A DNA stretch of 64,000 nt from Betaproteobacteria bacterium (GTDB taxonomy: Bacteria; Pseudomonadota; Gammaproteobacteria; Burkholderiales; SG8-41). The position numbers and the translations under genes are program-made. The notes under the pieces were generated by a model. It made no database searches. It was not told where the DNA came from and was given only the letters and a program-made list of their open reading frames with translations. The stretch covers positions 569-64,568 of the forward strand of contig JAQGNH010000384.1 in the NCBI GenBank assembly GCA_028291945.1, written 5' to 3'. Shown here piece after piece: positions 20,815 to 28,399 of the stretch (position 1 is the stretch's first letter; every line of letters begins with the position of its first letter).

Positions 20815-21960
20815 TTAAGCTTTCTTGCGCATGCTTCCAGCAACCAGGCGAAACTCGAACAATCGGCATTCGAGCGCACCGTTGTATAGGGGCGTGCGGC
20901 GCGACGGCGCAAGGCCGATCAGCTTGGCAAGCCGCAGATCGGCGGTAAAGATGTACGCAGTCCAGCCAGCGTATTTCTTCTTGAGCGCGTCGCCCATTTT
21001 GGGATAGAGTGCTGCAACCGCCTCCTGGTCCTGAAGGCGGACTCCATACGGCGGATTCGTGATCAGCACCCCTGAAGCAGCAGGCGCAGGCATTTCCACT
21101 ATGTCGGCCTGTTTCAGGACGACATGATCCTCGAGTTTCAGTGCAGCTAAGTTGATGCGCGCAAGCTTGAGGGCCTCGCCATAGCGGTCGCTACCATAAA
21201 TTGTGAGCTCGGTCGGAACGTGGATTCGTGAGTACGCCGCGCGCTTGAGCGTGTTCCATGCGTCTGCGTCGAAGATTGTGAGCTTTTCGAAACCAAACGA
21301 GCGATCGAGTCCGGGCGCGCGGTCCATCGCGATCAGGGCGGCCTCGCATAGAAACGTTCCACTGCCGCACATGGGATCGAGGAGCGGTGTGCCGGGTTGC
21401 CACGATGCCAGCCGCAATATGCCGGCAGCCAGATTCTCACGCAGCGGCGCCTCGCCCGCAGATTTGCGATAACCCCTCTTGAATAACGGCTCACCTGACG
21501 TGTCGACGTATAAGGTGAACTCTGATGCCGTAAGGAACGCATGGATACGCGCGTCCGGCGCACGCGTATCGACGTCGGGTCTCCGCCCGGTTGCGGCGCG
21601 GTATGAATCGCACACCGCATCCTTGACGCGCAAGGTCACGAATTCGAGGCTTTTAACGGGTGCGCGGATAGCAGACACGTCGACGCGTATGGAGTTATCG
21701 ACCGCAAACCAGCTGCGCCATGGCAACGCGCGAGCGGCTTCGTAAATGTCCTGTTCGCTGCGGTATTCGCCGTGACCCACCTGCCAAAGTACCCGACTGG
21801 CCACGCGACTCTCGAGATTCACCTGATAGCAAAGCCCGAATTCGCCCGCAAATCGTACGCCCCCCGCCACCTCGGAAACGTTGTGAGCCCCGAAGCCTGC
21901 AAGCTCGTCCTTGAGCGCGCCTTCCAATCCTCGCGGGCACGTGGCGAAGAACTGTTCCAT
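20815..21960 (-). CDS. THUMP-domain class I SAM-dependent RNA methyltransferase (RlmL N-terminal-half / YpsC-like)
   Basis: 381 aa with a THUMP-like N-terminus (MEQFFATCPRGLEGALKDEL), SAM-binding LLDPMCGSGTF and the catalytic motif ITNPPYG. Confidence 0.85.
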   Translation of the reverse strand: MEQFFATCPRGLEGALKDELAGFGAHNVSEVAGGVRFAGEFGLCYQVNLESRVASRVLWQVGHGEYRSEQDIYEAARALPWRSWFAVDNSIRVDVSAIRAPVKSLEFVTLRVKDAVCDSYRAATGRRPDVDTRAPDARIHAFLTASEFTLYVDTSGEPLFKRGYRKSAGEAPLRENLAAGILRLASWQPGTPLLDPMCGSGTFLCEAALIAMDRAPGLDRSFGFEKLTIFDADAWNTLKRAAYSRIHVPTELTIYGSDRYGEALKLARINLAALKLEDHVVLKQADIVEMPAPAASGVLITNPPYGVRLQDQEAVAALYPKMGDALKKKYAGWTAYIFTADLRLAKLIGLAPSRRTPLYNGALECRLFEFRLVAGSMRKKA

Positions 21961-22002
21961 TGAAGCGAGTGAGCAGGTAAAGAGCGACGAAGTAAGCGAG
22001 GG

Positions 22003-22176
22003 CTACCGAAAAGGATGCCGCACGCAAGGAAGGCGTAGCGTTAGAGCCGAGAGCGCGTGCCGGTTATCGGAGAGCCCGTATTCAGCAAAAGGCGAACCCT
22101 CAAGCTTCAGGACGTCGTGACCCTCAACGATTCCATACAAACTCGTGCCCTCATGCTTGCATTGCCCCAGCTTCAT
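22003..22176 (-). CDS. 57-aa mini-ORF resembling only the N-terminal (DUF2437-type) domain of fumarylacetoacetate-hydrolase-family proteins; remnant or stand-alone domain
   Basis: Below the ORF-track cutoff. AAGGAG lies 5 nt upstream of the ATG at 22176. The translation MKLGQCKHEGTSLYGIVEGHDVLKLEGSPFAEYGLSDNRHALSALTLRLPCVRHPFR matches the FAH N-terminal pattern (MKL...G..YG.VEG..V..L.G.PF.......L..v.LL.P), then stops where the catalytic domain should begin. Confidence 0.35.
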   Translation of the reverse strand: MKLGQCKHEGTSLYGIVEGHDVLKLEGSPFAEYGLSDNRHALSALTLRLPCVRHPFR

Positions 22177-22198
22177 CCTAACTCCTTAAGTAGCGGCG

Positions 22199-22588
22199 CT
22201 ATTTCAGCGTCACGTAAATCTCGTACGAGATGCGGTGGCGACCATTCGCCGCACGCTGCAAATCGGTGATGCGGGCCTCGACGGGCGCGCCGTGATCCAT
22301 TTGCCGCGCCAGATCCGAATTGTCTTTTCGCGGCACGTAGCCCAGCATGAGTCCCCTCCACTCGAGGCGCACGGCACCAGGATCGTGCGGGTTGCGGGAC
22401 TCCCGAACGAGGGACACGCGATCCCCTATTCGAATCTGGTCCCACACGTCTTTGCCGTCGTAGTACACAAAGCCCGCGAGCGGCGCGCGCTGCACGATGA
22501 TGCGAGCAGATGCGCCCTCGGCTGCATATGCACCTTCTACCGCGATGCAGACAGGCACAAGCACAGTCAGAATCAGCCATTCGAGCAT
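22199..22588 (-). CDS. HIRAN-domain protein with N-terminal signal-peptide/anchor-like segment
   Basis: 129 aa. LAGFVYYDGKD...RVSLVRESRNPHDPGAVRLEW...LGYVPRKDNSDLARQMD fits the HIRAN pattern (GxxYYxG ... LxREpxNPxDxnAi ... GyvPk). The N-terminus MLEWLILTVLVPVCIAVEGAYAA is hydrophobic. Confidence 0.7.
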   Translation of the reverse strand: MLEWLILTVLVPVCIAVEGAYAAEGASARIIVQRAPLAGFVYYDGKDVWDQIRIGDRVSLVRESRNPHDPGAVRLEWRGLMLGYVPRKDNSDLARQMDHGAPVEARITDLQRAANGRHRISYEIYVTLK

Positions 22589-22589
22589 G

Positions 22590-23003
22590 CTAGAAGGGCT
22601 TCACTACCACGAGAACGACGATAACAATCAGGATTACAGTCGGCACTTCGTTGAACCAACGATACCAAACGTGTGCATGTCGGTTCCGATCGGCTTGAAA
22701 CGCCGCCAACAATCGACCGCACCACAGGTGATAAACGATCAGGGCTACGACAAAGCCAAGCTTCGCGTGTAACCACGGCCCGGATACGCCGTACACCAGC
22801 CACAAAATGAGTCCGCTCGCCACGGTCAGCACCGCTCCCGGTGTCATGATGCCGTAATAGAGTTTCCGCTCCATGACCTTGAATCGTTCGCTGCTCACGG
22901 CGTCGTCGGTCGCTGCATGGTAGACGTACAGCCGCGGCAGGTAAAACAGGCCCGCGAACCAAGTCACCATAAATACGACGTGGGAAGCTTTGATCCAGAG
23001 CAC
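22590..23003 (-). CDS. hemJ: protoporphyrinogen IX oxidase HemJ (UPF0093/CopD-like)
   Basis: LWIKASHVVFMVTWFAGLFYLPRLYVYHA is the HemJ hallmark. I start at in-frame GTG 23003 (137 aa, the typical size), 17 nt after the upstream stop. The ORF-track start at 23066 would overlap the permease gene. Confidence 0.85.
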   Translation of the reverse strand: MLWIKASHVVFMVTWFAGLFYLPRLYVYHAATDDAVSSERFKVMERKLYYGIMTPGAVLTVASGLILWLVYGVSGPWLHAKLGFVVALIVYHLWCGRLLAAFQADRNRHAHVWYRWFNEVPTVILIVIVVLVVVKPF

Positions 23004-23020
23004 TGGGGTTTCGGTAGGGC

Positions 23021-23812
23021 TTATTTGAGCAGCCGGCGACGTGCGAGTGCGAGCGCGACATAGCAACTTGCCAGCGCGTAGCTAACAAGCACCAGCACGT
23101 GCACGCCGGCGGACTGTGGCACCGAACCGGTCATCAGAGGTCGGACGAGCGCGACGGCGTGCGTGAGAGGCAGCGCTTGAGCAGCGGCCTGCAGCCACGC
23201 CGGTAGCTGAGAAAGGGGGAAAAACACACCCGAGGCGAGCATCATCGGCGTGATCGCGAGGGTGAAGTAGTACATGAAAAAATCGTAGCTGGGTGAAAGC
23301 GACGTCATGATCAGTCCGAGCCCCGCAAATGCAAGTCCCGTGATGAAGACAACCGGCAGCACCCAAAGCGCGAGCGGAGATGCCACTAGACCGAGTGCTG
23401 TGGCGACGATCAGCACGGCAGCGCCCGACAAGAAAGCTTTGCTTGCCGCCCATACCGCTTCGCCCGCCACGACATCGTCGAGCATCACGGGCGCATTGAG
23501 TATCGCATCCCAGGTGTGCTGCACATGCATACGCGAAAAGCTCGAATACATCGATTCGAATGAGGCGCTCATCATCGTGCTCGAGCAGACCGTTCCTGCT
23601 GCGAGAAAGGCGATGTAAGGCATTCCAACCACATGCGGAAGCATCGCACCGAGCCCGTACCCCAATCCGAGCATGTAGAGCATGGGATCCGCGAGGTTGC
23701 CAAGCATCGACGGTATAGCGAGCTTGGTCCATACCAGGCGGTTACGACGCCAGATGTGTATGAAGCGCAGGCTGGGGCGTGGAAGCAGGAAACCCGGCAA
23801 ATGTATTTTCAA
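23021..23812 (-). CDS. ABC-2 type transporter permease (NodJ-like)
   Basis: Six hydrophobic segments and an ABC-2 N-terminal region (FIHIWRRNRLVWTKLAIPSMLGNLADPMLYMLGLGYGLG). I start at TTG 23812, which overlaps the ATPase stop (TTGA). The upstream part of ORF 23021..24001 overlaps the ATPase gene. Confidence 0.8.
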   Translation of the reverse strand: MKIHLPGFLLPRPSLRFIHIWRRNRLVWTKLAIPSMLGNLADPMLYMLGLGYGLGAMLPHVVGMPYIAFLAAGTVCSSTMMSASFESMYSSFSRMHVQHTWDAILNAPVMLDDVVAGEAVWAASKAFLSGAAVLIVATALGLVASPLALWVLPVVFITGLAFAGLGLIMTSLSPSYDFFMYYFTLAITPMMLASGVFFPLSQLPAWLQAAAQALPLTHAVALVRPLMTGSVPQSAGVHVLVLVSYALASCYVALALARRRLLK

Positions 23813-24720
23813 TCCCGCAGCTCGCGTCCGGTGAGCTTCAGGAACACGTCCTCGAGGTTTGCCGGCCGATGCAGATATCGCACATTCGATTCGCGATCGA
23901 GTGCATGTACGATCGCATCTGCGTCTCTTGTGTAGCAGAAAAAGGTTTCGCCGGTTTTCTCGCAACGCTCGGATGCGCTGCGGCCGTAGGTTTCCGCCCA
24001 CGCCTCGGCACCATCACCATAAACTTCCACGACCTGGGGCTCGATGTACTGGGTGATCAGCTCGCGTGGCGTGCCTTCCGCAATTTTGCGGCCGTGATCG
24101 ATGATCGCAACGCGGTGACAGAGACGCTCTGCTTCGTCCATGAAGTGAGTCGTGAGCACGATGGTCCTGCCTTCGCTCGTGAGCTTGCGCAGACGCTCCC
24201 AGATGAGATGCCGTGCCTGAGGGTCGAGGCCCGTCGAAGGCTCGTCCAGAAACATCAATTGCGGATCATTGACGAGCGCGCGAGCGAGCGTGAGCCGCCT
24301 TTTCATTCCACCCGACAGCGTCTGTATTCGGGCGTGCTCGCGGGATGTGAGACCCGCGAACTCGAGAAGATCCGGTATGCGGGCCTCGATATCGCGCTGG
24401 CGCAAGCCGAAGTAGCTGCCGTACACCAGCAGGTTTTCGCGGACGCTGAAATCGGGATCGAGATTGTCGACCTGCGGAACTACACCGATGCGCGCACGTG
24501 CTTCACGCGCGTGCTCCGGAACGGCAAAACCCAGTATTGCTATTTCTCCGGAATCCGGTTCGCTGAGGCCGAGACACAGGCGCAGGGTTGTCGTTTTTCC
24601 TGCGCCATTGGGTCCGAGCAGACCGAAACACACGCCCGCTTCGATCTCGAGATCGAGGCCCGCTACAACTTCCATGGCGTCGTAGGACTTGCGCAAATTC
24701 GCCACACGCAAATGCCGCAT
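23809..24720 (-). CDS. ABC transporter ATP-binding protein (NodI/DrrA-like, ABC-2 subfamily)
   Basis: Walker A GPNGAGKTT, signature LSGGMKRRL and Walker B MFLDEPSTGLD, in 303 aa. Confidence 0.9.
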   Translation of the reverse strand: MRHLRVANLRKSYDAMEVVAGLDLEIEAGVCFGLLGPNGAGKTTTLRLCLGLSEPDSGEIAILGFAVPEHAREARARIGVVPQVDNLDPDFSVRENLLVYGSYFGLRQRDIEARIPDLLEFAGLTSREHARIQTLSGGMKRRLTLARALVNDPQLMFLDEPSTGLDPQARHLIWERLRKLTSEGRTIVLTTHFMDEAERLCHRVAIIDHGRKIAEGTPRELITQYIEPQVVEVYGDGAEAWAETYGRSASERCEKTGETFFCYTRDADAIVHALDRESNVRYLHRPANLEDVFLKLTGRELRD

Positions 24721-24722
24721 GT

Positions 24723-25355
24723 TCAGCGGCAGTAACGCACGATGATTTGCGCGAGCAACGTAAGGCGCCCGTGAAAGAAATGCTCACCGTCGGGAACGAC
24801 TACGATGGGGAGTTGCTGTGGCCGCGCCCAATCGAACACGGCTTGCAGCGGAACGACGTCATCGTTCTCGCCATGTATCACGAGCGTGTCGGCACGAACC
24901 GTTTCAGCAGGAAAACGATTGACCGCGGGCCCCACGAGAACGATGCGTTCTGCCGAGATCTGCTTTGCCAGACGTGTTTGCACGAAGCTGCCAAACGAAA
25001 ACCCGGCGAGCACGATGGGTGGATCTTGGTAGCGCTGGCGCAGGTACTGCGCGACAGCGAGCAGATCTTCGGTTTCGCCGCGGCCCTGGTCGTGCTGTCC
25101 GGCACTTGCGCCGACCCCACGAAAGTTCGGGCGTGCTGCGACATAACCCAGGTTATAAAAGGCCTTTGCGAGAGTGGTGACGACCTTGTTGTCCTTGGTC
25201 CCACCCTGTACCGGATTCGGATGCGCGATCAGCGCCACGCCTCGACGCGCAGTCCCAGGATCATTCAGATCGACTTCGATTTGTCCTGCAGGGCCGGCGA
25301 TCAGCACGTGCTCGAGGCTCGCCGCGGGCATCGGCCGGATTTCGACATCGAGCAT
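24723..25355 (-). CDS. alpha/beta hydrolase (COG2945-like)
   Basis: 210 aa with the nucleophile elbow GFSFGS and the C-terminal HGENDDVVP ... GEHFFHG acid/His region. Confidence 0.75.
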   Translation of the reverse strand: MLDVEIRPMPAASLEHVLIAGPAGQIEVDLNDPGTARRGVALIAHPNPVQGGTKDNKVVTTLAKAFYNLGYVAARPNFRGVGASAGQHDQGRGETEDLLAVAQYLRQRYQDPPIVLAGFSFGSFVQTRLAKQISAERIVLVGPAVNRFPAETVRADTLVIHGENDDVVPLQAVFDWARPQQLPIVVVPDGEHFFHGRLTLLAQIIVRYCR

Positions 25356-25429
25356 GATACGAGTGGACGTTCAGTGAGTTTTCAGGATGCGGGGGGCCAC
25401 TGACGAAGTAGCCAGCCCGCGGCCGCCCG

Positions 25430-25738
25430 TCAGATGCGAAGTCGTTCGACGATGCGTCCGTTCTGCAGATGCTCGGTGATGATCTCGTCTATGTCATCGC
25501 GATCGACATACGTGTACCAGACGCCTTCCGGATACACCACGATCACGGGTCCTTCATCGCAACGGTCAAGACAGCCCGCCGTGTTGACTCGCACTTTGCC
25601 GGGTCCCGACAACTTGAGCTCTTTCACGCGCGATTTGGCGTAATCGCGAATGCCCTGCGCGTCATGGTCGTTGCAGCATCGCGCCCCAGCTTCTCGCTGA
25701 TTGCAGCAAAAGAAAATGTGCCGCTGGTAGTAGCTCAT
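25430..25738 (-). CDS. thioredoxin-like [2Fe-2S] ferredoxin
   Basis: The start is trimmed to ATG 25738 (MSYYQRHIFFCCNQREAGARCCNDH...). The second Cys pair is in AGCLDRCDEGPVIVVYPEGVWY, typical of this family. Confidence 0.8.
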   Translation of the reverse strand: MSYYQRHIFFCCNQREAGARCCNDHDAQGIRDYAKSRVKELKLSGPGKVRVNTAGCLDRCDEGPVIVVYPEGVWYTYVDRDDIDEIITEHLQNGRIVERLRI

Positions 25739-25766
25739 GAGCGCATTATAAACGACCGCGGAGCCC

Positions 25767-26888
25767 CTAGTGTTCCAAATGGGCGAGCCGTGCAGCGGGC
25801 CGTCGCACGGCAAGGGTTGCGACGTAAACGATCGCGAGGAACGGCCAAAGCTCCGAAAGAGCCCGCACGATCCCGGAGAAGCTGAGGAAATGCGTCGGCC
25901 CTGCTGCGAGCAGCTGGGGCGGCAGGTTCTGGTACGGGTTTTCGGGTCCGATATTGATCACGGCAATGGCTGAGGCAAAGCTGAGCAAAGCTACGACGCA
26001 CTGTATGCGCCGCGGCACGTGGCTGAGGCCGTATATCAGGACTGCGCTGACGAGAATTCCGAGCACGACGCCCGGGGTAAGCCATGCGAATGGACCGGTC
26101 GCCTTGGTGAGTGTAAATGACGCGAGCGCCTTCACCGACAAACCGGCTGCGAGTACCACCGCAGATGCAACACCCCGCGGCATCGTTTCGCGTGTGAGGG
26201 CGAGCGTCACCAGGCCGACTCCCAGCATGTTCAAACCGGCCACGACCGCTTCCGCAGCGACCAGCAGCTGAGGCGTATGTATGAACCACACGGGGAGCTC
26301 AAACGTGCCCCGCAGATTGCCGGTCCCGAAGAGCTGCGCAGTCGGATGCAGCTGTGTGATCAGCCAGATGCACAAGAGCACGAGGCCGACGTCGGCGGTG
26401 AGCCCATACACGAACCATTGCTCACGCAGGCCTGCGAGGCGGCGGCCGAGTCCGCGCGTCGGGCCAAAAAGCGGTGCGGCGAGCGCGCCGATCAGCCCGC
26501 CCAGTCCGTTCGTCAACACGTCGACGTTCGATGCGATGCGCGCAGGCATGAACATCTGCACCGTCTCCATGGCGACGCTGGTGAGGCAGGCGAGTGCGGT
26601 TGCGATAAACACCGCGCGTGGACTGCTGAAGTGTGCCATGAAAGCACGTGCGAGCAGGAATCCGAGCGGGACGTACGCTCCGATGTTAACGAGAACGTCT
26701 TCCAGCGTGATGTAACGCGGCCATGGCGCAGAGAGGAAGAGCCGGATTTCCTGTGGCGGAATCCACCAGCCGCTGAAAGGCTGCAAGCTGGCATACGCAA
26801 TGACGACGAAGTAAGCTATCGCGAGTATACGTGCGAGTAAACCCCGCGGTGCCTGCAGCGGTCGCCTCGTTTCTTTTTCTGACTTCAT
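25767..26888 (-). CDS. VanZ-like family membrane protein (extended, multi-TM)
   Basis: The VanZ N-terminal core is LLARILAIAYFVVIAYASLQPF ... DVLVNIGAYVPLGFLLA, and the protein is hydrophobic throughout. I use ATG 26888; the ORF-track start at 26894 is TTG. Confidence 0.75.
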   Translation of the reverse strand: MKSEKETRRPLQAPRGLLARILAIAYFVVIAYASLQPFSGWWIPPQEIRLFLSAPWPRYITLEDVLVNIGAYVPLGFLLARAFMAHFSSPRAVFIATALACLTSVAMETVQMFMPARIASNVDVLTNGLGGLIGALAAPLFGPTRGLGRRLAGLREQWFVYGLTADVGLVLLCIWLITQLHPTAQLFGTGNLRGTFELPVWFIHTPQLLVAAEAVVAGLNMLGVGLVTLALTRETMPRGVASAVVLAAGLSVKALASFTLTKATGPFAWLTPGVVLGILVSAVLIYGLSHVPRRIQCVVALLSFASAIAVINIGPENPYQNLPPQLLAAGPTHFLSFSGIVRALSELWPFLAIVYVATLAVRRPAARLAHLEH

Positions 26889-27849
26889 GGCCAAATCCTA
26901 CGACATTTTCAACGGCGACGCGGATGGTCTTTGCGCATTGCACCAGTTACGCCTCGACAGTCCGCGCGTGTCCGAGCTCGTCACGGGCGTGAAGCGCGAC
27001 ATCTGCCTGCTGGATCGTGTGGATGCTGAAGAGCACGACGAGCTCACGGTGCTCGACATCTCGATGAAGAGCAATGCAGACGCGCTCGCGCGCGTCCTCG
27101 CCCGCGGTGCGCGGGTGCAGTATTTCGATCACCATGGCGCCGCAGATATTCCAAAGCACCCGGCGCTCGAGGCGCATATCGACACGGACGCGGAGGTGTG
27201 CACGAGCCTGATCGTGGATCGTTACATCGGTAGCCGTTACAGGATGTGGGCAGTCGTCGCTGCATTCGGCGATAACCTCGTCAATGCAGCCGTAGGCGCC
27301 GCACAGTCGCTGGGTCTCGACCACAGCGAGCTCGCACGACTGCACGAGCTGGGTGAATGCCTCAACTACAACGCTTATGGCGAATCGGTGGAAGACCTGC
27401 ACTACCATCCATCCGATCTCTATGAGGCGATCGCTCCGTATAAAGACCCCCGCCATTTCATTTACGACGAGCCGGTCTTCAACGTACTGCGCACTGCGTA
27501 CGCGGAAGACCTCTATCGCGCGAATGAAATCGCACCGTTGTATGAACAAGACTTCGGCGCTGTGTATGTTCTGCCGGACGCAGCGTGGAGCCGCAGAATC
27601 AACGGCGTTTTCGGCAACCGCCTGGCGCAGCGCAATTCCAGGCGGGCACACGCTGTACTCGTCGAAAAAGCGGATGGCTATACGGTCAGCGTGCGTGCAC
27701 CGATGAATAGCCTGAAAGGTGCCCTCGCATTATGCGAACAGTTCGATACGGGAGGCGGACGCGCTGCGGCTGCCGGAATCAATCGACTTCCGCGCTCTGA
27801 TTTGGAGCTTTTTCTCGCCGCCTTCGGTCACTCGTTCAGCGGGAGGTAA
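26887..27849 (+). CDS. DHH/DHHA1-family phosphoesterase (NrnA-like)
   Basis: DHH motif I DIFNGDADGLCA, motif III YFDHHGA, and the C-terminal DHHA1-like FDTGGGRAAAAGI (GGGH-type), in 320 aa. Confidence 0.7.
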   Translation: MAKSYDIFNGDADGLCALHQLRLDSPRVSELVTGVKRDICLLDRVDAEEHDELTVLDISMKSNADALARVLARGARVQYFDHHGAADIPKHPALEAHIDTDAEVCTSLIVDRYIGSRYRMWAVVAAFGDNLVNAAVGAAQSLGLDHSELARLHELGECLNYNAYGESVEDLHYHPSDLYEAIAPYKDPRHFIYDEPVFNVLRTAYAEDLYRANEIAPLYEQDFGAVYVLPDAAWSRRINGVFGNRLAQRNSRRAHAVLVEKADGYTVSVRAPMNSLKGALALCEQFDTGGGRAAAAGINRLPRSDLELFLAAFGHSFSGR

Positions 27850-28399
27850 GCGGTGCGTCGGCTGATGTTTTGCCGATCGTCAGATCGAGTTCGAGCGCAC
27901 CGAATGCAACCAGCCACAGCAGTGCGTCGTAAGCGTCGAACCACTGACCTCTGCTGGCCCAGATCACAACCAGCAGCGCCAGAGCGCCGTAGAGGGACGC
28001 TGCGACCGTGGCGTACGCGAGGCGTGCGCGCTGCACGCGGTCACGAAAGCGCACCTGAATCTCGAGCAAAACAACGACAGCGATCCATACGGCGCTGTTC
28101 AGCGCATCGAGGACGTCGTCCTCCAACATGTAACCGATCGTTGCGGCGACGACACCGGCGGCGGCCGCCAGGCGCACCGTGCGCACGATAGCGCGCTGGC
28201 GCTTGCTTCGTAGTTGCGTTGCGAACTCCGTTTCCGCCTCAAACAGCAATAGCAGTGTCAGCCATGCGGCCGCATCGAGCGCTTTGCTGATCGAGCCGCC
28301 AATCGCAAAATAGGCGGTATTGGCACAGAGCAGCGCGAGTAGCGTAACTTTGAACAAGTTAGATGGCGTGCGCCGGCGCGTGATGCCGGGCCTGACCAT
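27836..28399 (-). CDS. hypothetical membrane protein with three internal repeats
   Basis: A hydrophobic helix followed by an (A/Y)(L/D)(D/N)(A/S)xxW(L/I)xxxxxxE motif occurs three times (ALDAAAWLTLLLLFEAETEF / ALNSAVWIAVVVLLEIQVRF / AYDALLWLVAFGALELDLTI). The start is uncertain: ATG 28399 overlaps the SSS gene by 41 nt, and in-frame TTG 28357 lies 1 nt after the SSS stop. Confidence 0.5.
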   Translation of the reverse strand: MVRPGITRRRTPSNLFKVTLLALLCANTAYFAIGGSISKALDAAAWLTLLLLFEAETEFATQLRSKRQRAIVRTVRLAAAAGVVAATIGYMLEDDVLDALNSAVWIAVVVLLEIQVRFRDRVQRARLAYATVAASLYGALALLVVIWASRGQWFDAYDALLWLVAFGALELDLTIGKTSADAPLTSR

